The position numbers were made by a program, and so were the translations under genes. Of a DNA stretch of 24,427 bases, positions 1-8,655 are shown piece after piece. This DNA is from Fibrobacterota bacterium. GTDB taxonomy: Bacteria; Fibrobacterota; Fibrobacteria; UBA11236. Where the stretch lies: positions 1 to 24,427 of the forward strand of contig JAYUVP010000294.1 in NCBI GenBank assembly GCA_043753995.1. The letters are read 5' to 3'. Each line of letters starts with the position of its first letter. The stretch's first letter is position 1. Under the pieces are notes generated by a model, which was not told where the DNA came from, did no database searches, and saw only the letters and a list, made by a program, of their open reading frames with translations.

Positions 1-1
1 G

Positions 2-67
2 GGCGTCTACACGTTCGCTGTCGCGAGCGGCAGGGAGCGAGTCTCTAGCCGGTTTGTGAAGCGTTAG
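2..67 (+). CDS. 3' end of a gene entering from the left edge; tail resembles a T9SS/FCB C-terminal sorting domain
   Basis: Frame 2 reads GVYTFAVASGRERVSSRFVKR then TAG at 65-67. This fits the GxY...K/R-F-V/I-K-K/R-stop pattern of T9SS type A CTDs. Only 21 codons are visible. Confidence 0.55.
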   Translation, partial: GVYTFAVASGRERVSSRFVKR

Positions 68-144
68 ACTGAGTCCTGCTGGTGGCCAGAATGAGTCTAA
101 AAAAAGGCCGGTTCCAGGTGAGAAGGAGCTCCTTTGTCTCGGCC

Positions 145-173
145 TTGCCTTTAGATAAGAGTATCCTTATATT
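145..173 (+). promoter_or_regulatory. sigma70-type promoter of the ArsR gene, probably leaderless transcript
   Basis: TTGCCT (145-150), 17 nt, TATATT (168-173). The ATG at 181 is 7 nt after the -10 and has no Shine-Dalgarno. Confidence 0.65.
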
Positions 174-181
174 CTTATCTA
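152..181. promoter_or_regulatory. Palindromic ArsR-type operator overlapping the promoter and start codon
   Basis: TAGATAAGAgTAT-cctt-ATAtTCTTATCTA: 152-160 is the exact reverse complement of 173-181, and 12 of 13 positions pair. Confidence 0.75.
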
Positions 182-480
182 TGAAGACCGCCGATCTTTC
201 CGACCTGATCGAAAACGCCAAATCCGCCGCGGAAATGCTTAAAGGATTGGCCCATGAAACCCGCCTGCTGGCGATTTGCTTCATCGGGGACGGCGAAAAA
301 AACGTCCAGGAGCTGGAAGGGTATTTGGGAACTACTCAAGCCAATATTTCCCAGCATTTGGCCAAGTTGCGCTCCTTGGGGCTTTTGGAAAATCGCAAGG
401 AGGGTAATCAGGTTTATTACCGCATCAAGGACAAGGCCACCTTGAAATTGGTGCGCGTCCTTCAGGAAATTTATTGCTGA
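181..480 (+). CDS. ArsR/SmtB-family regulator, SqrR/BigR-like persulfide sensor (99 aa)
   Basis: Winged-HTH motifs LKGLAHETRL, SQHLAKLR, RKEGNQVYY. Cys33 and terminal Cys99 are 66 residues apart, as in SqrR C41/C107 and BigR C42/C108. Start moved from 82 to ATG 181. Confidence 0.9.
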   Translation: MKTADLSDLIENAKSAAEMLKGLAHETRLLAICFIGDGEKNVQELEGYLGTTQANISQHLAKLRSLGLLENRKEGNQVYYRIKDKATLKLVRVLQEIYC

Positions 481-517
481 GTTCCTCAGCCAAACCATTT
501 GAAAAAGGAGCAAGAAC

Positions 518-688
518 ATGCCTCATTCCATTGGAAAAGTGATCCTAGGTGTCGTGGTTGGCGCGGTCATCGGATTTGGGTACTACAAGCTGGTGGGCTG
601 CTCTACTGGAGCTTGCCCGCTGACTAGCAATCCTTATACGACCACCTTGTATGGCGCTCTCATGGGTGCCTTGATGAGCTGGGGATAA
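518..688 (+). CDS. Small two-TM membrane protein, DUF6132-like (56 aa; absent from ORF track)
   Basis: SD AAGGAG 505-510, ATG 518, TAA 686-688. Translation MPHSIGKVILGVVVGAVIGFGYYKLVGCSTGACPLTSNPYTTTLYGALMGALMSWG carries the GCxxGxCPxTSNP motif. Confidence 0.85.
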   Translation: MPHSIGKVILGVVVGAVIGFGYYKLVGCSTGACPLTSNPYTTTLYGALMGALMSWG

Positions 689-762
689 AATGAAAACGTC
701 GCAATATGTCGGGACCTTGGCTTTTTCATTGCCGGTGAGCAGGGATTGACCCTGGGCTTTCT

Positions 763-1191
763 ATGCCGAAAATCATATTTCTCAATGGCTGCATCAATGC
801 GGGAAAGTCCACGGTGGCGAATCGGCTGAAGGAAATCGTTCCCAATCTCGCTCACGTCGAAGTCGATGACTTGCACCGCTTTGCTTCCTGGATGCCGATA
901 GAAAGGGCCATTCACCTGAACTGGGAAAATGCGGTAAATGTCACCAAGACCTTTGTCGGTGTGGAAATGGATGTGGTTTTCTCCTATCCCCTTTCGAAAT
1001 CGGACTATGAATATTTGCTGACTCGATTTTCCGGTGTGAATGCGCATTTCATTCCCATCACACTTTACACCTCTTTGGAAATCGGAAAGGTGGGGGATGT
1101 CGAGGCCGACAAAGGCTCCTGGGTGGGACGGGCCGAGGCAGGGGGGAGGGGGCGACCTTTGCCCGGGTGGATAGGCCCTTCCCCCCGATAA
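763..1191 (+). CDS. P-loop (shikimate/NMP-kinase-like) protein; C-terminus looks aberrant, possibly truncated
   Basis: Walker A-like IIFLNGCINAGKST at the N-terminus, then HVEVDDL and DVVFSYP. After TSLEI the last ~35 aa are Gly/Pro-rich and encoded by G/C runs. Confidence 0.7.
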   Translation: MPKIIFLNGCINAGKSTVANRLKEIVPNLAHVEVDDLHRFASWMPIERAIHLNWENAVNVTKTFVGVEMDVVFSYPLSKSDYEYLLTRFSGVNAHFIPITLYTSLEIGKVGDVEADKGSWVGRAEAGGRGRPLPGWIGPSPR

Positions 1192-1271
1192 AATCAAGGC
1201 AGACGGCACATTTTTCCCAAGCCTAGGAGTATGCATTTTAAGCTCCACACTTCCTTACATTCGGAGGCTTC

Positions 1272-1856
1272 ATGTTTCTCAGGGAAAAAGAAAGCGAACG
1301 TTGTCCACAACTCTTGCATCCGTCACGTAGCCTTTTGCTGGTGATCGATGTGCAAGAACGTTTTGCCAGTGCCATGGCAGCCTTTCCGCAAGTGGCCGAA
1401 CGGACGTCGATCTTAGTGCGGGCGGCGGCGCGTTTGCAGGTGCCGATTTTGGTGACCGAGCAATATCCCAAGGCTTTGGGAAAAACCGTGCCAGCGGTGC
1501 AATCCGTTTTGCCAGCGGGCACACCCGTGGTGGAGAAAATGGTTTTCAGTGCTTTCGATGCGGAAGAAGCTGCCGATCGATTGCGTGAGAGTCGTCGCAA
1601 TCAATTCATTTTGTGCGGAGTCGAGGCGCATGTGTGCGTGCTGCAAACCGCGCTGGATTTATTGGAGAATATGGGTGCGCAGGTTTGCGTGGTGAAGGAC
1701 GCGGTGGCATCCCGTTCGAATAGCGATCGCGATGCGGCTTTCGATAGGCTGGTGCAAAGCGGCGCGCATTTGGTCACCACGGAAATGGTGGTCTTTGAAT
1801 GGCTACGCAAGGCGGGAACGCCGGAGTTCAAGGAATTGCAGGCCCTGGTGAAATAG
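1272..1856 (+). CDS. Isochorismatase-family cysteine hydrolase
   Basis: SD GGAGG. Asp-Lys-Cys triad in IDVQE, EKMVFS and EAHVCVLQT; TEQYPKALG motif. Confidence 0.92.
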   Translation: MFLREKESERCPQLLHPSRSLLLVIDVQERFASAMAAFPQVAERTSILVRAAARLQVPILVTEQYPKALGKTVPAVQSVLPAGTPVVEKMVFSAFDAEEAADRLRESRRNQFILCGVEAHVCVLQTALDLLENMGAQVCVVKDAVASRSNSDRDAAFDRLVQSGAHLVTTEMVVFEWLRKAGTPEFKELQALVK

Positions 1857-1897
1857 CGGTGAATTTTTCACCGATTCGCAGGAAAGCGCAAGGATAA

Positions 1898-3031
<1,134 letters not shown>

Positions 3032-3035
3032 GCGA

Positions 3036-4010
3036 GTGAGGCCTTTGCGCGAGTCGCTGCGATGGTCGCCGCGACTCACTTTGTGGTTGCGTTGGCTTTT
3101 GACCGTGGCCTGTTTGTGGGTGGCTTGGCGCTGGTGGCGGCAGCGTCCCGCGCTGGAAGCCCTGCATATACAGGGTATCTGGTGCAGTGTGGCGCTCGCT
3201 TTGTCCCCCATCATTATTCTTTTGCGCTCGCTGAAATGGCGGGCTTGCTTGCGAGGCTTGCAACCGCAGCCCTCAGCTTGGCAGGCTTTGCGCAGTTATG
3301 TCGGCGCCATGCCCCTGGCCTTGGTGACACCGGGGCGGGCAGGAGAATTGGCTCGTCCCCTTTATTTCAAAGCCCCTGAGTTAAGGCATATCGAGGTCTC
3401 GGGCCGACTATTGCTCGACAATTGGACGGACACCCTGGCCGTTTTGATCTGGGCGCTGCCGGGCTGCGCGTGGCTCTGGGGTTGGCGAGGGGTTTGTCCG
3501 GTGCTGGCTGCCTTGGTGATTCTCGCGGCCATTCCCCTATGGCTCACCTTGGCCCACCGTTTTTTCTCCTGGGCTTTTTTAGGTCAAGTCGGCCAATGGG
3601 CCCTCAAAATATTGCCTCCCCCCGAAGTGGCTTCCAGAAAATTGCTGAGCGCTAGCGTCGCCTGGGGCTTGCTGGCTTATGCGGTCGAGTCCTTGCAATT
3701 TTGGTCCTTGTTACGGGGTGTCGGGGAAATGGGCTTGGTGCAAAACGGTTGGCAACAAGCCGGAATTTCTTGGCTGAGCCTGGCGGGTGGCCTGGCCCTG
3801 GTGCATCTGGCCAATTCGGTGCAAGTGACGGTGGCGGGCATTGGACCGCGTGAGGGACTCACGGTTTGGCTTTTGGCCAAGCTGGGACTGAGCGCGGGCG
3901 CCTTGTTCAGCGCCTCTTTCTTGCAAACCGCCATGATTTTGCTTTTACCGGCTGCCTTTGGCTTGGGCATTCGCCCGACGGTGGCTGAAACGTCCCCCGA
4001 AATGCCATAA
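3036..4010 (+). CDS. Lysylphosphatidylglycerol-synthase TM domain / UPF0104 flippase-like membrane protein
   Basis: Polytopic hydrophobic protein with LRSLKWR, TPGRAGELAR and GIGPREG motifs. GTG start 4 nt after the leuB stop. Confidence 0.8.
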   Translation: MRPLRESLRWSPRLTLWLRWLLTVACLWVAWRWWRQRPALEALHIQGIWCSVALALSPIIILLRSLKWRACLRGLQPQPSAWQALRSYVGAMPLALVTPGRAGELARPLYFKAPELRHIEVSGRLLLDNWTDTLAVLIWALPGCAWLWGWRGVCPVLAALVILAAIPLWLTLAHRFFSWAFLGQVGQWALKILPPPEVASRKLLSASVAWGLLAYAVESLQFWSLLRGVGEMGLVQNGWQQAGISWLSLAGGLALVHLANSVQVTVAGIGPREGLTVWLLAKLGLSAGALFSASFLQTAMILLLPAAFGLGIRPTVAETSPEMP

Positions 4011-4071
4011 TCCTGGGCGGTCTCTTGCCTCTTGCCGTGAGCAAGGCGGGACCGTCATTTACAGGATACCC

Positions 4072-4920
4072 ATGCCGCCGTCTTCTTCTTCGCGCCTTCG
4101 CATCAATGCTGATGATTTCGGATTGGATGCGGCCACGTCGCTGGGCATAGCCCAAGCGGTGAAAGAAGGCTTGGTCAATTCGATTTCGGTCATGCCTTGC
4201 CGCGATGCTCCCACGGTGAACTTGCTGCGCGGCTTGGCGGAAGCCTTTCCCGAATTGCGCATTGGTGTGCATTTGACTCTGATTGATATGCCGTTTTTGC
4301 ATCCCGAAAGTCCACGCTATCCCGGCGCCAAGGGCTATGCCCAAGGCTTCGCGGCCTTTCTGTCCTGGTATGCGCGCGGGGGTATCAAGTCAGCGCAGGT
4401 TTATCAAGAGTGGCGTCGGCAAATCGAATGGGTGGGGGTCATGATAGGCGGGGCTTCGCGCCTGCATCACCTCGATAGCCATCAGCATTTGCATCTCTTG
4501 CCGGGTTTGTGGGACGTCGCACGGAAGTTACAGTCCGAATTCGCCATCCCCCGCTTGCGCTTGCCTTATGAATCTCTGGGCATGGCCTTGTTTCATCGCT
4601 TTCCCTTCGGTTTTGCTTTTCAATTGTTGGCGGCTTGGCGGGTATGGCAAAGCAAGCGCAGTCGGTTGGTTGAATCGGGCTCGTCACGCGAACGCTTCCT
4701 CGGATTTTTTCACAGCACAAGCTTTGAATTTGCCGCCTATCGCGGAGCGCTCGAAAAGGCACTCGCCTCGCAACAGGTTTGTGAATTGATGGTGCATCCC
4801 ATTGTCGAGGAAGGCAAAGAGCGGCTCGCAGCCTATTCCCAGGAAAGAAGACAAGAAATGCAGGAATTGCGCAAGCTCAAAGCCTGGCTTCCCACGACGG
4901 CTTTGGCGGGGCACCGATGA
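4072..4920 (+). CDS. YdjC/ChbG/HpnK-family carbohydrate deacetylase
   Basis: INADDFG, GVHLTL, HLDSHQHLH, ELMVHP. ATG 4072 chosen because it puts NADDFG near the N-terminus. Confidence 0.9.
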   Translation: MPPSSSSRLRINADDFGLDAATSLGIAQAVKEGLVNSISVMPCRDAPTVNLLRGLAEAFPELRIGVHLTLIDMPFLHPESPRYPGAKGYAQGFAAFLSWYARGGIKSAQVYQEWRRQIEWVGVMIGGASRLHHLDSHQHLHLLPGLWDVARKLQSEFAIPRLRLPYESLGMALFHRFPFGFAFQLLAAWRVWQSKRSRLVESGSSRERFLGFFHSTSFEFAAYRGALEKALASQQVCELMVHPIVEEGKERLAAYSQERRQEMQELRKLKAWLPTTALAGHR

Positions 4921-5963
4921 CCGAGGTCTTGCCCGAAGCCCACTGGCTGTCCTGGTTGCATTGTCCTCAATGCCGAGGCGGCATGGCCTTGGCCCAGGCG
5001 AGCGAACGACGGCCCGATGGGCGCTTGCTCAGCGGAAGCCTACGCTGCGATTCATGCGGACAGGAATTCCCGGTGTTACGGGGCGTACCACGTCTGTTAC
5101 GTCAGGCTCCCGGTGTCGAGGTGGCCCGCACCGTCGACAAATTCGGCACGGTATGGAGGCATGCCTCGGCGAAAATGGAAAGCACGCCTTTTTTGGAGCC
5201 AGAGCTCTTTCTCGATTTCATCAAGCCGGTAGGCCCCGATTTCTTCCGCGATAAAATCGTTTTGGACCTGGGCTGTGGCATGGGCCGCTTCTGCCAAATG
5301 GCCCTCGATTTCGGCGCCCGATTTGTGGTGGGCGTGGACTTAGGCGACGCCATCGAGGTCGCGGCCCAACGCGTCGGTGAAAACCCCAAGGCGCTTTTCA
5401 TTCAGGCCGATGCCCTGTCCCTGCCTTTTCGCGAGGCTTTCGACTATGCCTTTAGCGTCGGGGTTTTGCATCACACGGAAAATCCGGCCCTCGCCTTTGC
5501 TGGCCTAGTGGCCACGGTGAAGCCAGGTGGCGCAATTAGCCTCTGGGTTTATGGGCAAGAAAACAATGATTGGATATTGCGATGGGTGAATCCGATTCGC
5601 ATTCGCCTCACCAGCGCCTTGCCGGATGGGGTCTTGACTGCCTTGTCCCATGCCGTCGGCAATGCTCTGTATGTGGTTTTGGCCTTGATTTATTTGCCTT
5701 TGGCCCGACGGCCCGGCCTAAAGTTCTTGGCCTCTCGACTCTTTCAATTTGATTACTTGGTGCATTTGGGCAAGCTGGGTCGCAAAACCGTGGTGCAAGT
5801 GGTTCTCGACCACCTGGCCCCGTATCATGCGTATTACCTGCCCCGCGCCGAGGTCGCCGCCTGGATGGAGCGGGCCGATTTGCGGGAGGTTTCCATTTCC
5901 TCGCGCACGCGCAATAGCTGGCGAGCTTTTGGCCTCAAGCCTGAAGCGCCGATACCGTCATGA
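4917..5963 (+). CDS. Class I SAM methyltransferase with N-terminal Trm112-like Zn ribbon
   Basis: CPQC...CDSC...FPVLRGVPRL, then VLDLGCGMGR, FSVGVLHH, VKPGG. ATGA overlap with the upstream gene. Confidence 0.88.
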   Translation: MTEVLPEAHWLSWLHCPQCRGGMALAQASERRPDGRLLSGSLRCDSCGQEFPVLRGVPRLLRQAPGVEVARTVDKFGTVWRHASAKMESTPFLEPELFLDFIKPVGPDFFRDKIVLDLGCGMGRFCQMALDFGARFVVGVDLGDAIEVAAQRVGENPKALFIQADALSLPFREAFDYAFSVGVLHHTENPALAFAGLVATVKPGGAISLWVYGQENNDWILRWVNPIRIRLTSALPDGVLTALSHAVGNALYVVLALIYLPLARRPGLKFLASRLFQFDYLVHLGKLGRKTVVQVVLDHLAPYHAYYLPRAEVAAWMERADLREVSISSRTRNSWRAFGLKPEAPIPS

Positions 5964-6712
5964 TCGAGGACTATTTCGCCTATGAGTTGGCGATAGGCCG
6001 CGATTACTTGGGGCCTTTGCTCCTAAGCCGCGGAGTGGACTTGCAGGGCAAGCGCGTGCTGGATGTCGGTTGCGGTTATGGCGGAGTGCTGGAGGGTTTG
6101 CTTTGCCATTTCCCTCAAATGCAGGCGGTGGGCCTAGATCGCGATGAAGCCATGATTGGATCGGGCCGCGCGCGCGCGGCGTCGAATCTGGATTTGCGTG
6201 CAGGGGATTTTTTCGAGTTCACCGAGACTCCCTACGACTTTCTGCTCCTGCGAGATGTACTGGAACATATCGGTGATTATGGCGCGGCCTTGCATAAGGC
6301 AAAAGCCCTGCTTAAGCCCCAGGGTAAGCTCTTCGCCAGCTTTGCCCCGTTTGGGGGACCTTTTGGCGGCCATCAACACAATGGCACCGGGCTTTTTTCG
6401 CGCTTGCCCTGGGTGCATTGCCTACCTCCCAGACTTTTCTGGAAAGGCCTGTCCGTGCGTGGCAATAGCTATAAGGGCTCCGCTGCCCTGAGCGAGGACA
6501 TGCGCAGTGTTTTCGCCACCCGGTTAAGCGTGGCCGGCTTCGACCGAGCTTGCCGCTTGGCTCGCTTGCGACCCATTTGGCAGCGTTTTTTTCTTTCCCG
6601 CCCTGAGTATCGCAAAAAATTTGGTTGGCCTACCGTGGCCTTACCGAATTGGCCTATCCTGTGGGAAAAGCTTTGCACGGGAGTCGAAGTCCTAGCCGGT
6701 GTGGATTTTTAG
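5960..6712 (+). CDS. Class I SAM methyltransferase
   Basis: VLDVGCGYGG, DVLEHI, LKPQG, PFGGPFGGHQH. ATGA overlap with the upstream gene. Confidence 0.88.
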   Translation: MIEDYFAYELAIGRDYLGPLLLSRGVDLQGKRVLDVGCGYGGVLEGLLCHFPQMQAVGLDRDEAMIGSGRARAASNLDLRAGDFFEFTETPYDFLLLRDVLEHIGDYGAALHKAKALLKPQGKLFASFAPFGGPFGGHQHNGTGLFSRLPWVHCLPPRLFWKGLSVRGNSYKGSAALSEDMRSVFATRLSVAGFDRACRLARLRPIWQRFFLSRPEYRKKFGWPTVALPNWPILWEKLCTGVEVLAGVDF

Positions 6713-6722
6713 TTTTGCCTCC

Positions 6723-7736
6723 ATGAATCTCGACTGGAAAAGCCTCGGCTTCAAATTTCTTCCCACCCATGGCTTGGCGCGCACCGATTTCGCCCAAAAC
6801 CAATGGTCACCGATTCGCTTCGAGTCGGATTTTTCGTTTAACCTGCATTGGGCGGCCAATTGCCTGCATTATGGCCAGGCCATATTCGAAGGCTTGAAGG
6901 CCTTCCGTACCAAGTCCGGCGAAGTGGTTTTGTTTCGCCCCGATCGCAATGCCTCCCGCATGGCTTTGAGCGCGGACCGGCTTTGCATGGAAGCCCCGTC
7001 GGAGACTTTATTTCTCGAAGCCTGCCGCGAGGCGGTGCTTCGCAATCTCGATTTCGTCCCGCCCTATGGCACGGGCGCTAGCCTTTATTTGCGGCCCCTG
7101 CTCATAGGCACCGAGCCCACCATAGGCATTAAGCCATCCGACACCTATACCTTGGTCATACTTGTCACGCCGGTGGGACCTTATTACAAGGACGGTTTTC
7201 ATCCCGTGAAGGCTGTCGTCATCGACAGCTATGATCGCGCCGCGCCGCAAGGCACAGGCCGAGCGAAAATGGCGGGCAATTATGCCGCCAGCCTCAAGCC
7301 CATGCTTGAAGCCAAAAAAATGGGCTATCCCATCAATCTTTTTGCCGATCCGAAAGAGCATAAGTTTGTCGATGAATTCGGAACCAGTAATTTCATCGGT
7401 ATCACTCGTGACGGACATTTTCAAACGCCCGACAGCCCATCCATTTTGCAAAGCATCACCAATGAAAGCTTGCAGACCTTGGCCGCCGACATGGGTTTGA
7501 TTGTCGATCGATTGCCCATACCCCTGGCCGAATTGAATCGCTTTGCCGAGGTAGGCGCTTGCGGCACGGCGGCGGTGATTACGCCAGTGCATTCGGTGAC
7601 TTGGGGCGATAAGGTTTTCACCTTTGGCGCAGAAAATAAAGCCGGTGAAACCCTTACCAGGCTATTCAAAGAATTGCAGGGCATACAGTATGGCGAAATT
7701 CCGGATCGCCATGGCTGGTTGGTTAAGGTTGGGTGA
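6723..7736 (+). CDS. ilvE: Branched-chain amino acid aminotransferase
   Basis: LHYGQAIFEGLKAF, SLYLRP, KMAGNYA (PLP lysine), GACGTAAVITP. ATG 6723 gives the typical MNLDWKSLGF start. Confidence 0.95.
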   Translation: MNLDWKSLGFKFLPTHGLARTDFAQNQWSPIRFESDFSFNLHWAANCLHYGQAIFEGLKAFRTKSGEVVLFRPDRNASRMALSADRLCMEAPSETLFLEACREAVLRNLDFVPPYGTGASLYLRPLLIGTEPTIGIKPSDTYTLVILVTPVGPYYKDGFHPVKAVVIDSYDRAAPQGTGRAKMAGNYAASLKPMLEAKKMGYPINLFADPKEHKFVDEFGTSNFIGITRDGHFQTPDSPSILQSITNESLQTLAADMGLIVDRLPIPLAELNRFAEVGACGTAAVITPVHSVTWGDKVFTFGAENKAGETLTRLFKELQGIQYGEIPDRHGWLVKVG

Positions 7737-8655
7737 TCGCTGAGTCGCGGGTGCGGCGCTTTTCTTCCCAACGAAAAAGCAAAAACGCCAATAATACGCC
7801 GAGAGCTTCGACCAGGCTGAAAAAAAGTCGCGTGCCCAAAACCGCTGAGGCAATAAAGGTGGGTGAAATTTTCCCCTGGAGCACCGCCACTAAAGCGGCT
7901 TCTTGGGCGCCTAATCCTGCGGGCAAGGTGAAAGCCAAATAGCCGCCCAATTTCGCCACGGCATAGGAACCGATGAGGGGTAGGTCGGTGTGGCTTAAAG
8001 GCGTTCCGAGCGCGAGCAGTAAAAAGAAAAAGGCGCCTCCTAAAATCAGCCAGACCAGGGTTTGCACACCTATTGTGATGAATAGGAAAGGCATATCCAC
8101 TGGCAGGGGCGGCAGCGCGGTCGTCTTGAAGAATCGATGTAGCCAGCGTCTCTTCAGGCTATGCCAAAGTGATGTTTTTGCCAATACGCAGAAAAGCAGG
8201 CCAGCTAAAAACGGGGTGGCGGCTACCCACCAAGGTGCCCAGCCCAACCAAGGCAAAAAGAAAGCCGCTACGGTTAATGCACCGAGACCCATGCTCAATT
8301 CATATCCCGCCGTTAATACCGTAGCGATCCCAGGATTGTGCTGCAAGCGGCCAAAGATGCGGATGCGCTCGATCAGAGTGATAACGCGCCCTGGAACATA
8401 GACGGTCCATTGTGGAAGCAAGTGCAAAATAAAACCCGTTCGCCAGGAAATCATTTGTCCCATGCGCCGCATTCCGTATTGCCATAAATAGGCTGACATC
8501 ACCCAACCCATGGCCTGCAAAGCCAAGGACGCGAAAGCAAAGCGTATTTGTAATTGCAGGGAGCGAAAATCGAATTGGCTGAAATGAGTGCGGAAAAAAT
8601 GGACGAGATAATAGAGGCCCAAGGCGAAAATGACCCAACCCAACCACTTCTTCAT
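7723..8655 (-). CDS. Second LPG-synthase TM / UPF0104 flippase-like membrane protein
   Basis: Polytopic with YVPGRV and TLPAGLGAQEA motifs. ATGA overlap with its upstream gene; 14-nt convergent overlap with ilvE. Confidence 0.8.
   Translation of the reverse strand: MKKWLGWVIFALGLYYLVHFFRTHFSQFDFRSLQLQIRFAFASLALQAMGWVMSAYLWQYGMRRMGQMISWRTGFILHLLPQWTVYVPGRVITLIERIRIFGRLQHNPGIATVLTAGYELSMGLGALTVAAFFLPWLGWAPWWVAATPFLAGLLFCVLAKTSLWHSLKRRWLHRFFKTTALPPLPVDMPFLFITIGVQTLVWLILGGAFFFLLLALGTPLSHTDLPLIGSYAVAKLGGYLAFTLPAGLGAQEAALVAVLQGKISPTFIASAVLGTRLFFSLVEALGVLLAFLLFRWEEKRRTRDSAITQP

Noticed and set aside
64..146. Inverted repeats TTAGACT/AGTCTAA and AAGGCCG/CGGCCTT as terminators
   Set aside because: Long imperfect interiors and no plus-strand U-tract; not supportable.
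82..180. 33-aa N-terminal extension of the ArsR ORF
   Set aside because: It spans the promoter and operator; ATG 181 gives normal ArsR length.
690..749. Short ORF MKTSQYVGTLAFSLPVSRD after the DUF6132-like gene
   Set aside because: No motif or control-codon run; consistent with chance.
634..1248. 204-aa minus ORF containing AFVGLDI, reminiscent of an IS110 N-terminus
   Set aside because: Antisense to the kinase gene, with no other transposase motifs or IS ends.
3036..4920. hpnL/hpnK hopanoid-tailoring assignment
   Set aside because: The families fit, but no radical SAM HpnJ or other hpn gene is in the window, so no symbol was given.
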